Shown piece by piece: positions 26,223-35,693 of a stretch of DNA of 64,000 bases. The position numbers were made by a program, and so were the translations under genes. The stretch lies in the IMG/VR virus record IMGVR_UViG_3300025916_000012, positions 853 through 64,852 of that record. One strand, given 5' to 3'. The DNA comes from a virus. Lineage: Duplodnaviria; Caudoviricetes. How positions within the stretch are numbered: position 1 is the stretch's first letter; each line of letters opens with the position of its first letter. The notes under the pieces were generated by a model. It did no database searches. It had not been told where the DNA came from and worked only from the letters and a program-made list of their open reading frames with translations.

Positions 26223-27115
26223 GAGTCGCACCGTTCAGTTTCTGAACGTCTGGGGTCCTCCCCGCCAATGCACTCCAAGAGCTCTTCGTACTCGTTGCGC
26301 CAGAAATCACGCTCGTCCTCCAGCTCCACGATTTGAGCTGCCATGTCCTCCAGCTCCTGCTCAGTCATCGTCATCGGTGATCGTTCCCTTCAGGGCGTTG
26401 GAGGCCATCACGATCGCGTAGGAGGCCGAGTCGTCGATGGCCACGCGGAAGGCCTTGTCCTGGTCCTCACGAGGCGGGGGATGGATCCCTGCATCCCTGA
26501 GAGCCTTGGAGTTCTTGTCGTAGACCGTGGTGACCGTGATCGCTTCGCACCAGTCGCCCAACGCGCGGTCGACGGCGGAACGTGCCGCGCGCGTCTTGGG
26601 CTTGAGGAACACGTAGACCGTGAATTCCTCGGGCTCGTGGTCGACGCGCAGTTCGAAGCCCAGCTCGCGCGCTTTGCCGATCCACTCGCCTAGGGGCCGG
26701 GGGTTGTAGCCCTTGACGATGGAGGGGACGGGCTCGTTGTTGTTCATGCGCTCTCTCCGTATTCGCGGTCCAGCCACCACAGCAGACCTAACTCGAGTGC
26801 GAGCTCCTCCGTGCCGGCAGGAAGGAACTGGCGGGGGATGTGCAATGTCCTCGAGGAGTCCAGCATCCCGTGGTGCCCAGCGATTCCCGTCGGGCCGCCA
26901 CATCCCCAAACCCAGGCCCGTCGGTCCCACACTTTGCCCCCGGCCCGCTCGATGACCTGCTTGGTGATGAGGTGGCAGCGAACAAGGCGGCCATCGCATT
27001 TGGGGACCGGGTCGCCATGTTCCATCTCCCCGAAGGCCCCCAGCCAGCAGATCGCCAGTCGTTCCCGGGGGCGTCGCACCTTGCCCGCTCGTCGGTATGC
27101 GGGCGCGCTAGACAC
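26219..27115 (-). CDS. Three hypothetical proteins (26219-26368, 26361-26747, His-Me/HNH-like 26744-27115)
   Basis: Coupled ORFs; C..RCHLI..C..HH pattern in the last. Confidence 0.5.
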
Positions 27116-27911
27116 AGGCCATCTCCAGTTGGATGGCCTCCTCCCGTGGTCGTGAGCGTGCACGGCCCAGCATCGTGAGGATGCGGCGGTCGTCTAGGCC
27201 GCACACCCGGCATTCGACGAGGTAGGCCAGCATCGCGTCCAGTGGCGTAACCCGCAGAGGCGTCGAGAGCTTGGACCCGTCGTCGCAGACGGGACAGGGC
27301 GACTCCAGGAACCCGTTACCAGCGAAGTCAGATATCTGACCAAAGCGGTCGGTGAGGAACTGGATGATCGCCTTGCGGTTGAGCTCGCGGATGCGCTTCC
27401 AGGGGATCTGCTCGAGCACTGCGTGGGGGATCTGGGCCTCCTGCTCCTGAGCTAGGCGAATCCCCTGGTCTACGAGCGTGGCGTTGCGGAAGATCAGCTC
27501 AGCGTCTGCGCGCCACTGCGCCGGCGTACCCACATGTGAGCGCTGGCCCCGGCCCACGATGAACGGGAACCGGGCATAGCCATCGACAGCGGTGTTGAGC
27601 TCTTCCTCGTCGTAGCCCTTGCACCGGGCCAGGCAGTGCTCTAGGCGCTTGCCCTCAAGCTCACGGGTCTGGGGCGCGCACATGCGCTGCCAGCGAACCA
27701 GCACCCGCATTGCCTTCGGATAGTCGGGCGAAAGCTGCAGCGCCCGTTCGCCGTTGCGCAGTTTCTTGAGCTGCGAGTCCTTGATGTTGAGGTCTTTGGC
27801 CTGTCGCGCAGCGGTTTCCTGTGTCTCACGCAGCAGGGTGGTGGCGTCCTCGTTGACGATCCCGCATTCGATGCAGAAGACCGTGTCGGCGTCATGCGTT
27901 ACCCCATTCAT
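27108..27911 (-). CDS. Putative replication-associated protein with Zn ribbons
   Basis: CIEC and CPVC..CRVC motifs; DAELIFRN resembles replication-initiator C-domains; inside the replication module. Confidence 0.5.
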   Translation of the reverse strand: MNGVTHDADTVFCIECGIVNEDATTLLRETQETAARQAKDLNIKDSQLKKLRNGERALQLSPDYPKAMRVLVRWQRMCAPQTRELEGKRLEHCLARCKGYDEEELNTAVDGYARFPFIVGRGQRSHVGTPAQWRADAELIFRNATLVDQGIRLAQEQEAQIPHAVLEQIPWKRIRELNRKAIIQFLTDRFGQISDFAGNGFLESPCPVCDDGSKLSTPLRVTPLDAMLAYLVECRVCGLDDRRILTMLGRARSRPREEAIQLEMACV

Positions 27912-28833
27912 CGTTGTGTGCTCCCATGAGAAGTCGGGCTCCTTGAACTCCGGGCCGGATCGCCTTCACGCTGATGCGCGGGTGCTCCTGGCCGGAGTCG
28001 GCCGCTTGGATTAGCTCGTCTTCCAGGGTCTGCCAGTCGCGCTTGGCCTGCTTGAGGATCGCCTTGTCGATCGTGCGACGGTCCTCTGAGCCATTCTCCG
28101 GCGTTCTAAGGCCCTCCCCGTTGTCTGATGGGGGTTGGTCTTCGGGCAGGTCTGGATACTCCTCAGCATCGCCCACGACGGCTGGCAGCACCCAGTCCTC
28201 GCGGTCAACGCCGCTTGCACCCTCGAGAAGCTCCCAATCGGTCATCTTCTCGATGTACTTGACAAGACCGCGCTTGCGCTTGTGCGCCCGCTCGGAAATC
28301 TCGTCCCACATCTCCTCCGAGGGGTGGGCGAACTCTGGCGCCACGTCCTCGTACTCAGCTGGCTCAGGTACCTCGGGGGCCTTGCGCACCATGTACTTGT
28401 CACGCAGGTCACGCGCGCCCAACGCCTCAGCGTCGTTGAGCGCCTCCTTCTTGGTGACCTTGCCCATCTGCAGCTTGGGCAGCACGATCGCCACCTTCGA
28501 GACGTCTAGGCCACGCAGGGTGTCGGCGTCGATATCGCGCCGCACCACGAGCTCCCGCCATACCCCGACCAGCCGGTAGTAGGTGGTCGAGGTCATCGAG
28601 ATCTCCGGGTCGGCGAGCCACTCGGCCTTCGTCTCACAGCCCAGCGGAATCCACCCCCCGATCTCGTCGAACTCATACAGACTCTGGGCTACGTCCCAGA
28701 GCGCCTGGCGCCCACGCAGCAGGCCCTCACGGATCGCTCCATCGAGCTCGTGGGCCTGCTCGGCCAGCTGCTGCTGCTCTTCTACGGTGATGACGTCCGT
28801 ATCAGCCATGGGGTCCTCCAAGTCGTGAGCCAT
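27892..28833 (-). CDS. Hypothetical DNA-binding protein
   Basis: 313-aa ORF, helical N-domain (EWL..YYRLV..W), acidic C-terminus. Confidence 0.6.
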   Translation of the reverse strand: MAHDLEDPMADTDVITVEEQQQLAEQAHELDGAIREGLLRGRQALWDVAQSLYEFDEIGGWIPLGCETKAEWLADPEISMTSTTYYRLVGVWRELVVRRDIDADTLRGLDVSKVAIVLPKLQMGKVTKKEALNDAEALGARDLRDKYMVRKAPEVPEPAEYEDVAPEFAHPSEEMWDEISERAHKRKRGLVKYIEKMTDWELLEGASGVDREDWVLPAVVGDAEEYPDLPEDQPPSDNGEGLRTPENGSEDRRTIDKAILKQAKRDWQTLEDELIQAADSGQEHPRISVKAIRPGVQGARLLMGAHNDEWGNA

Positions 28834-28844
28834 GCCGTGGCTTC

Positions 28845-29360
28845 TCAGAAAGGAACGTCTGGCTCGTTCGGATCAGCCGATACGGACACGGCCGTCGGGT
28901 CCGAGAGCCCTCGGGTGTCGGCAGGGAGGTCGTCGGTTAGACGATTGGGCGCCACGTAGCCCTTGACCCGGAGGATGGTCTTGCCGGGTTCTTTGTAGGA
29001 GTCTTCCTTGCGCACCACGCCGCCCACCCTACGCCCGACCAGGCGGTCGATGCAAGCTTGGGTCAGCCGGCAATGATCGGATGGATCGAACTCTCCCTTC
29101 TGGGGCACGGGAATGCCCGCCGACTCATACAGCGAGGTGACCTTGCCGAGGCTCCGGCCCTCGTTGTAGTTCAGCCAATCCTTGATCGAGCCCTCTTTGG
29201 CCTCGAGCTGCATGAAGATCTGGGGGCCCTTCTGGCCGCCCTGCGCGGTCGCGTCCTCCGCCTCGGTGATCGTGAAGACGTAGTTGCCTTCTTCTGAGAT
29301 GTACCTGCTCAGGTACGGCTCCCACCGCTCCGCCGTCTCGAATGGGTTGTCGTCGGTCAT
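28845..29360 (-). CDS. ssDNA-binding protein (DUF669-like)
   Basis: EGNYVFTITEAE..LVGRRVGGVVRKE..; acidic DVPF tail; next to the AAA_24 ATPase. Confidence 0.7.
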   Translation of the reverse strand: MTDDNPFETAERWEPYLSRYISEEGNYVFTITEAEDATAQGGQKGPQIFMQLEAKEGSIKDWLNYNEGRSLGKVTSLYESAGIPVPQKGEFDPSDHCRLTQACIDRLVGRRVGGVVRKEDSYKEPGKTILRVKGYVAPNRLTDDLPADTRGLSDPTAVSVSADPNEPDVPF

Positions 29361-30133
29361 GCTGCTGCCTCTTCTTTCTCCTGCTTCTCGGGGGTTTTGA
29401 TACCTGCGACCTCGAACCACTCGGCGAGGTTGGTCTGCCGGTAGCCGGTCTGCTTTACGTCCTCTGTTATCAACTTGTTGAAGCGCCCACGCACGCCGAC
29501 CGGACGGCCCAACGTTGGGACAAGCTGCGAGACATAGAGCAGCTCGCGCTTCTCCTCATCGGTATCGACGGCCACCGCGCCCGTGTAGCCGATCACGTCG
29601 ACCATGCCCAGCAGCTTCATGGCCAGCGAGGGGTTGCTCGTCCCCGTGAACGGCATCGCGTTGAAGCCGCCGGTGGTGTCGTCCTTGACCGCGAAGTCGT
29701 GGCACACCATCACGAAGTTGCAGGGGGCCTCGACCATGAACCGGCAGAAGTCCTCGACCTCGCGCAGCACATCGCCGTACGCGTCGCGGCTGGGGCGCAC
29801 GGCCCCACGGGATTGGGCGTGCAGCAGCCGGCGGTGTAGCTCGCCGACGCTGTCCAGGACCCACGTGTCAAAGCCGCTTCCGGTCTTGGGGTAGCAGGAC
29901 CGCATGATCTCCGAGAGCAGGGGCTTCGGATCCTTGGTGATCGCGACTTCCATGATCCGGTGCTCGGTGTCGAGCTCGTGGACAAATTCGGTGCTATTGG
30001 GCTGCTCGGTGTTCAAGTAGCCGATCAGCCCCGGCGTGCTCCCCGCACCCGCACTCTTGCCTGTTTTCGGAGGGCCGAACAGCAGCACGTTGGCGTAGTA
30101 CGGAGAGACCTTGGGGTCGTCTCGAAATTCCAT
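29357..30133 (-). CDS. AAA_24 / Sak4-like recombination ATPase
   Basis: LLFGPPKTGKS, VLDSVGEL, LLGMVDVIGY. Confidence 0.8.
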   Translation of the reverse strand: MEFRDDPKVSPYYANVLLFGPPKTGKSAGAGSTPGLIGYLNTEQPNSTEFVHELDTEHRIMEVAITKDPKPLLSEIMRSCYPKTGSGFDTWVLDSVGELHRRLLHAQSRGAVRPSRDAYGDVLREVEDFCRFMVEAPCNFVMVCHDFAVKDDTTGGFNAMPFTGTSNPSLAMKLLGMVDVIGYTGAVAVDTDEEKRELLYVSQLVPTLGRPVGVRGRFNKLITEDVKQTGYRQTNLAEWFEVAGIKTPEKQEKEEAAA

Positions 30134-30140
30134 GTCCTTC

Positions 30141-30515
30141 TCACTCCATTCGTTCGATTTTCGGCTGGGGCAAGTCGTAAAGCCTTGAAGCAGACCTGAC
30201 CCCTGCTTGACAGGTCGCCTCGAGAAACGCGAGAACTATGCGCCCACCACAACCAGTTGGATAGAGCCGGTCCTCGTTGCGATACCACAAGCTCACTACG
30301 GATCCGAGCGAGCTCAAGCTCAGGGTGCTCAGCTCACCACCCGGGGTAGCTACTTTGATTTTCGTGTCCTGCGAGCCCTTGCGCCCCTGCTCCATGCGAA
30401 CACGCCAATCATTGACTAAGTATTCGGATGGAACATGCGCGCGCTCCGACGGTGCCACGTAGGTAGATCGGACCGGAATTTGGCCGCTTCCGTGACAGGT
30501 TGGACACAGCATCAT
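30141..30515 (-). CDS. Hypothetical protein with an N-terminal CPTCHGSG Zn knuckle
   Basis: Coupled to the MT-A70 gene. Confidence 0.55.
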   Translation of the reverse strand: MMLCPTCHGSGQIPVRSTYVAPSERAHVPSEYLVNDWRVRMEQGRKGSQDTKIKVATPGGELSTLSLSSLGSVVSLWYRNEDRLYPTGCGGRIVLAFLEATCQAGVRSASRLYDLPQPKIERME

Positions 30516-31102
30516 CGCATCACCTCTCTGATATCGCAGCCGTCGATCGCATCCCCGATGCAGGTCCAGCCTGGACGAGGACGTCGAGCGAACAGCTCGA
30601 GATAGGGGCCAGGGAAAAACTCCTCAGCCAGTTCGTGTAGATAATCCGGCTTGGCCGAATGCGTCATCGCTGGGCGCAAGAACGCCGCTCGCCGACCAGT
30701 TCGATAGGACGGTCTGCCCTTGCGTTTGGCAATGACAACAGGCTCGACATCGCCCCGAAACCAGTAGCCAACCCCCATGTGCCGCTTGAACGTCACCCGG
30801 CCATCAAATGATTCTTGGGGATAGCCCTGCGGACTGGTCTTGAGCCAGTAGGACAGCGTTATCCACTCAAAGCCCCAGGCCTCAATCAGCTGTACTGCGG
30901 CAGGCATCATCGGCCCCGTTGTCCACAGCAGCACGATGTCGGTGACCCAATCGCCTACCGGCAGAGCAGCCAAGTCCTCAATGCCAATCGGCTCATAAAG
31001 CTGGCCTGAATAGCCGCTCTGCTTGCTGTCTGAACCGTCGACCGAGACCTTCGGAACCCTGTATGGCCAGGGCGGGTCGACGATGGCTGTACCAAAGCTC
31101 AT
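30512..31102 (-). CDS. MT-A70 family N6-adenine methyltransferase
   Basis: IVDPPW, LLWTT, HSAKP, YLELFARR..GWTCIGD. Confidence 0.9.
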   Translation of the reverse strand: MSFGTAIVDPPWPYRVPKVSVDGSDSKQSGYSGQLYEPIGIEDLAALPVGDWVTDIVLLWTTGPMMPAAVQLIEAWGFEWITLSYWLKTSPQGYPQESFDGRVTFKRHMGVGYWFRGDVEPVVIAKRKGRPSYRTGRRAAFLRPAMTHSAKPDYLHELAEEFFPGPYLELFARRPRPGWTCIGDAIDGCDIREVMR

Positions 31103-32166
31103 TCTCGGGTCCGCTCGCGCTTGGGTGGAACCCGGTCATACAGGGTGTCGATGTAGAGAGTGTCGTCTGGGTTCGGACAGACGTCTGAGAAGCGGCACCC
31201 GCTGCAGATGTGCTTGTGGGCATTGCGAATCGGCCACTTGTCGCCAGCGTCGAGCTCGTGGATGACCTGCCCCGCCGCCACCAGCTCGCGCGATGCTTCC
31301 TCGAGCTGATTGGGCCGGAACAGAATCTCGACCCGTTGTTGCCAGCGACGTGCTCGCAGAGCCTCAATCTTGGCCGGCAGAGGTTCCTCGCCCAGCTCCT
31401 CGCAGAGCTCGACGTAGGAGGCCTCGGTCGTGAGTTCTGACACGGCCTCTGAGGGCTTGCCCGAGGCCAGCGTCCGGGCCTCGTCGGGGACCCGGTTGAG
31501 GCGCTCGTCCATGATCACCCCGACCACCGGGTTGCCCGTCAGCTGCTGGCGAGCCCAGGCGTACCAGAGCTGCTGGCGATCCAGGTCCAGCTGCTTACGC
31601 GGCGTAAGTTGGCCGCGCAGCTTGAACTCCACGATCCATTCGCCGCCCTGGCTCTCGAGCACGGTGAAGCCATCGATGCGGCCCTCGAACCGGTACTTGG
31701 TCGAGGCCTGCCCGCCGTTGCGCGAGCGCAGCGGCACATCGAAGTAGCCCTCCAGCTGCGTGAGGTTCGGCAGCCGCTCCGAGGTCTCCATGTAGTGCTC
31801 GAGCAGTGCGTGCAGACGGTTGGTCTGCGCCACCTCGATCTCAGGAGCCACGTATACGCCGGACTCCGCCTGCTCGGCGATGTCCTGGCGGTAGCTCCAA
31901 CCTAAGGCGCTGTGAGCCGCCTGGCGGGCCAACTGGGGGTCATAGACGCAATCGAGGTTCTCTGCGTCTCTGTAGGCGTGCCAGGCCGCCACAGCGGCAC
32001 CCCAGGCTCGCCCGTCACTCAGGATCGTGGCAATGGCCTTGCGTCGCAAGGAGCTGCCGGCGAGCTGGTCGCCGTAGGCGAAGTCCCATCTCGCGGGGCA
32101 TGTGAGAGCGGTGCTGATCTCGGAGTACGACAGAGACCGCGCCACTCGCGGTCGCTTCCCATTCAT
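31099..32166 (-). CDS. PD-(D/E)XK (RecB/Cas4-like) exonuclease
   Basis: LSYSEI..CP, GRID..IVEFK, QQLWY, C..C.F..VC. Confidence 0.85.
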   Translation of the reverse strand: MNGKRPRVARSLSYSEISTALTCPARWDFAYGDQLAGSSLRRKAIATILSDGRAWGAAVAAWHAYRDAENLDCVYDPQLARQAAHSALGWSYRQDIAEQAESGVYVAPEIEVAQTNRLHALLEHYMETSERLPNLTQLEGYFDVPLRSRNGGQASTKYRFEGRIDGFTVLESQGGEWIVEFKLRGQLTPRKQLDLDRQQLWYAWARQQLTGNPVVGVIMDERLNRVPDEARTLASGKPSEAVSELTTEASYVELCEELGEEPLPAKIEALRARRWQQRVEILFRPNQLEEASRELVAAGQVIHELDAGDKWPIRNAHKHICSGCRFSDVCPNPDDTLYIDTLYDRVPPKRERTRE

Positions 32167-32232
32167 CGGCGCGGACGATATCACCGTATACGGCCGGTAT
32201 ATCTTGCGGCTGCCTGCTTCCTGGGCCAGGAC

Positions 32233-32277
32233 AAAAGAAAAGCCCCGCAGCTAACACAGCGCGCGGGGCTCTTCTCG
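32233..32277 (-). terminator. Terminator
   Basis: GAGCCCCGC / GCGGGGCTT + TCTTTT on the minus strand. Confidence 0.7.
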
Positions 32278-32339
32278 ATGAATAGGGGTCGACCTGCCCG
32301 GGCCGACTGTCTACGTCTACATGGGGCCAGGACGATACA

Positions 32340-32555
32340 TCAACCCACTGCCACCTTGGAAGCCTCCCGGGCCTCGCGGTACGCACGAATATCGTCCGCA
32401 AGCCACAGACGCGTCGCCTTGACTCGGGTGATCGGCTCCGGGAGACCTCTCCATCTGTCGAGGTTCCCCGTCGTCGTCCCGAGCTCTTCACAGACCTCTG
32501 CTACGCCCCAGAGCTCTGGAAGTTGGCGATCTGTCTGTTGGGAGGCAGAGCTCAC
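32340..32555 (-). CDS. MerR/excisionase-like HTH protein
   Basis: GVAEVCEELG..LDRW..LPEP..RLWLADDIRAY. Confidence 0.75.
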   Translation of the reverse strand: MSSASQQTDRQLPELWGVAEVCEELGTTTGNLDRWRGLPEPITRVKATRLWLADDIRAYREAREASKVAVG

Positions 32556-32698
32556 GTCTTGGCTGGAACCTTATCTGGCTCCGGCTGGCGCTTGGGCTCG
32601 CGCTCAGGCACCGTCTCCGGCTCCTCGGGTGGCTCTGGCATCTCCAGAGGTTCCACGTAGATCGTGCGCTCTTCGCGACCGATATTGATGGGGATCAC
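32552..32698 (-). CDS. 48-aa Pro/Glu-rich peptide
   Basis: MIPINIGREERTIYVEPLEMPEPPEEPETVPEREP..; GAGGTG RBS. Confidence 0.6.
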   Translation of the reverse strand: MIPINIGREERTIYVEPLEMPEPPEEPETVPEREPKRQPEPDKVPAKT

Positions 32699-32705
32699 CA
32701 CCTCT

Positions 32706-33359
32706 CTACTCGTTGAACTTCGGGTGTGCGGCCAGGATCTCGGCCATCGAGCGCGGGCGCCGTGGCCGACCATCATCGCCACGGTTGAGCACATCGCGCA
32801 GCTTCACCGGGACCGCGTAGGCCTCCTGCAACGGCTCAGCCAGATGCTGAGCCTCGAGCGGGCAATACAGGACCAGCGGGTAGGAGTACTGCGAGCGCCA
32901 TCCCTGGGTGCCCTCTCGAACCTTGCCCGAGTTGCCGACCATGCCCACGATCGTGAACATGTTCGTCTCGTCGTAGTACTGGTTGTAGCCCATGCTCATC
33001 AGATGACCGAAGTCCTTGGCCGAGTAGAACCCGCAGCTGCAGTTCTCCCCGGGGACTCCGATCGTGACCTCGAGCTCCTCGCCCGTGCCGTGCTGCTTGA
33101 CCTTGCGTGGTTGCGAGCACGGATACGCCGCTGAGCAGATCGCCTCGGCTCGCCGGCGTGGGGCCCAGTAGTAGCCCCACGAGACCGAGTACAGCTTCGG
33201 TGGCACCCCGTAGCGGGGTAGCTCAGCCGCCACCGACCACGCCCGCCAGCCCTCCCGAACCTCGACGTAATCGGGGACTCGGAAGTTCTTGGCGGGCAAC
33301 TTCTTCGGATCGAAGTAGGGGTAGATGTCCCCCTGGTCAATCTTCTTCGGTTGAGTCAT
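32706..33359 (-). CDS. Hypothetical protein with a C..CSCGFYS motif
   Basis: GWRAW..W.P..A.C..CSCGFYSA..G.V.EG.QGWR. Confidence 0.7.
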   Translation of the reverse strand: MTQPKKIDQGDIYPYFDPKKLPAKNFRVPDYVEVREGWRAWSVAAELPRYGVPPKLYSVSWGYYWAPRRRAEAICSAAYPCSQPRKVKQHGTGEELEVTIGVPGENCSCGFYSAKDFGHLMSMGYNQYYDETNMFTIVGMVGNSGKVREGTQGWRSQYSYPLVLYCPLEAQHLAEPLQEAYAVPVKLRDVLNRGDDGRPRRPRSMAEILAAHPKFNE

Positions 33360-34497
33360 CTAGCTCCGCTTCCGATTTCTTCTCGTCCTCTTCGAGGACC
33401 TGGGCCAGGAACTTGTCCAGATCGGCAGGTTCAACCCGATCTTCCTTGGCCGACTTGGCCAACTGCTGCGCCTTGGCGTCGATGGCGTCATCGTCGTCGT
33501 CCTCGGCGAGCCTCTTCTTGAGGCTGTCGGAGAGGTCCCACTTGACCCTGGGACCGCCGCCGGGCGGAACCCGCACGACCTTCATGTCGTCGGCCGCGCG
33601 CTGCAGCGTCCGCTCCGACATCCCATACTGCTTGGCGTCTTCGCGGATCTGTTTGACCGGCACCGGCTTACCCGCTTCGACCAGGTAGGCCGTGAGCCAC
33701 TCCGACGCCATCTTGCGTTTGTCTGATGGACGCCCGACCTGGCGTCCATGGCGGTAGCGCCCATCGAACAGGCGCATCGCGTCGAACTCGACCTCATCGT
33801 CGAAGACCAGGTATGGGACAGGCCCAACCCGGCGCAGCTCCATGGTGTCGAGTCGAAACTGCACCGCCTTGGGCTTGTCACGGATGTTGGCCTTGACGCA
33901 GCACAGCATCCGGTTGTCGTCATCGGTGGGGTCGACGCCGAACACGAACGCCATCCTGGCGGCCGCCGGCAGGCCCGATCCCGTACCCCCAATCGCATTG
34001 AGCGGCTCCCCATGGGCGGGAATGCGCTTGAGCGCGTGCTCGATGATGATGCACGCGGTGTTGGTTTCCTCGAGCATCTCGCCCAGCGGGTTGAGCACCG
34101 TGCGGATGTTGTCGGAGTGTCTGGATACGCCCGGACCCAGGTGGGCTGCGAACGGATCGATTACCAGCAGGTCGATGTCGTTGGCGTTGATCTGCGCCTC
34201 GAGCTCAGTCAGCTGAGCTGGGAGCGAGAAGCGCCACAGATCGACCCGGTCTAGGTCTGCCCCCGCCGCTTCATAGCGGGGCTTGGTCATGATCGAGCGT
34301 GAGTCCTCGATCGCCGAATGTAGAACGTTGCCACCCTGTTTCGTCACATCGGCACCGACCGCAATGGCAAACAGGCCCTTGGCCTGATCGGGGCGTCCCG
34401 CTACCACGGAGATCATCCTCCGAGGTATGCGCTCTTCCCAGAGCCAATCGACGCGCTCGGAGCGGATCTTGCTGGCCTTGATAGGTCCAGCCATCAC
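33337..34497 (-). CDS. AAA_25 / RepA-like helicase with a C-terminal HTH
   Basis: VAGRPDQAKG (degenerate Walker A), LLVIDP, IIIEH, KANI; MSERTLQRA. Confidence 0.75.
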   Translation of the reverse strand: MMAGPIKASKIRSERVDWLWEERIPRRMISVVAGRPDQAKGLFAIAVGADVTKQGGNVLHSAIEDSRSIMTKPRYEAAGADLDRVDLWRFSLPAQLTELEAQINANDIDLLVIDPFAAHLGPGVSRHSDNIRTVLNPLGEMLEETNTACIIIEHALKRIPAHGEPLNAIGGTGSGLPAAARMAFVFGVDPTDDDNRMLCCVKANIRDKPKAVQFRLDTMELRRVGPVPYLVFDDEVEFDAMRLFDGRYRHGRQVGRPSDKRKMASEWLTAYLVEAGKPVPVKQIREDAKQYGMSERTLQRAADDMKVVRVPPGGGPRVKWDLSDSLKKRLAEDDDDDAIDAKAQQLAKSAKEDRVEPADLDKFLAQVLEEDEKKSEAELDDSTEED

Positions 34498-34569
34498 TCC
34501 CCTTTCGTATGAGTTACCTCACGAGCATGCCGCCCCCACCGGACCGATCCGCAGTCCGGCCGTATACGA

Positions 34570-34598
34570 ATTATATACCCCAGAGCTCCCCGGCGCCA
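34570..34598 (-). promoter_or_regulatory. Replication-module promoter TGGCGC-17-TATAAT
   Basis: Consensus -10; upstream AAAAACG and CCGGGGAGC spacer resemble the 14.5 and 62.7 kb promoters. Confidence 0.65.
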
Positions 34599-34627
34599 CC
34601 GTTTTTCGTTAGGCGTCTCGTGATCGA

Positions 34628-34681
34628 AGGGCGCCTCGCGAGCCTGGTGAAAGGGTGGACCGTGCTCGCGTGAGGCGCCCT
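34628..34681. terminator. Long hairpin between the lysis and replication modules
   Basis: AGGGCGCCTCGCGAGC / GCTCGC-GT-GAGGCGCCCT. Confidence 0.55.
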
Positions 34682-34734
34682 CCTACCCGATGCAGCGAGG
34701 AGAGAGGCACACTCCAACGCTGGCGTCAGAATAC

Positions 34735-34941
34735 TCATTTCTTCGATTCCTGCTCTTCGCGTTTGGCGTCATCGAGCCGCTGCTTGGCATAGACGCCGCC
34801 CGCTGTCACGAGCGCCACGAGCACCGACCCCGTGAACCTGATCAGGTCGCTGGGGTTGAAGATGTCGATCGCACCGATCGCCAGCACGCTCCCGAAGAAC
34901 GCGCTGACCCCCGCCCAGAGAGCGACTTGGTGTTCCCTCAC
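34735..34941 (-). CDS. Holin-like two-TM membrane protein
   Basis: Two hydrophobic helices and a charged C-tail, directly after the endolysins. Confidence 0.6.
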   Translation of the reverse strand: MREHQVALWAGVSAFFGSVLAIGAIDIFNPSDLIRFTGSVLVALVTAGGVYAKQRLDDAKREEQESKK

Positions 34942-35693
34942 CGACCCGGGGTCCCCAGCGAGTGCCAGCCCTCCACCCAGCCCCCGTCCTTGGCATTCCA
35001 GCGATGCTGGATCTCGCCCGACTTCAGCTGCACGAAGATCTCCTGGCGACCGTCGGGCATCGTGCCCACATCGAGCGCGTGTACGTCGGCAGGCAGCTCG
35101 GGCCTCGGCGTAGACGCGCCGCAGAAGGTCTTGGCGAACTCCTGAGCCGTCCCGTGGAACAGGTTGCCGTCACCGCCCTCACCGGATATCCCCGGCAGAC
35201 CGGATCGGTCGGTGTACTGCCAGAGCTCGTGGGGGAGCGTCGGCTCAGTCGAGCGATAAGCAGCCACCCACCGAGGGCGACGCCAGCGAGCAGCGCCGCC
35301 CAGCTTGTCGTTGAACCAGCTCTCAGACGCATAGAGCGTGCTGGGCTGGCCGTAGTGGGGATCGACGATGTCTACCCACGCCTGTATCCGGTCCGTCTGG
35401 TCACCCGCACCCTCCTCTGAATCGACGATCACGAACTCGTTGTCGCGAATCGGCCCCACTGTCGCAATGAAAGCGCGCGCCTGCGCCACCGAGGTCACCT
35501 CGTCGACCAGATATTGGTACCAGCCCAGAGCGTCGAACTTGAAGCCCCGCAGATAGTCCCTGCGTGCCGGCCACTTGTAGTCGGGTCGGTTGCCGTTGTG
35601 GGCCCGCACAATCAGGCAGGTATGACCGCCCCTGAGGTAGGCGCCAGCATCGATGTCCTGATACTCCGAGATATCGGCCAGGCGGATATCCAT
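34938..35693 (-). CDS. Endolysin, GH25 muramidase with a C-terminal beta-repeat
   Basis: ADISEYQ, WYQY, VDSEE, LWQYTD; ATG overlaps the upstream TAA. Confidence 0.85.
   Translation of the reverse strand: MDIRLADISEYQDIDAGAYLRGGHTCLIVRAHNGNRPDYKWPARRDYLRGFKFDALGWYQYLVDEVTSVAQARAFIATVGPIRDNEFVIVDSEEGAGDQTDRIQAWVDIVDPHYGQPSTLYASESWFNDKLGGAARWRRPRWVAAYRSTEPTLPHELWQYTDRSGLPGISGEGGDGNLFHGTAQEFAKTFCGASTPRPELPADVHALDVGTMPDGRQEIFVQLKSGEIQHRWNAKDGGWVEGWHSLGTPGR

Noticed and set aside
31099-32166. Cas4 / CRISPR locus
   Set aside because: No repeat-spacer array or other cas genes; the exonuclease + AAA_24 + SSB context is a standard phage recombination module
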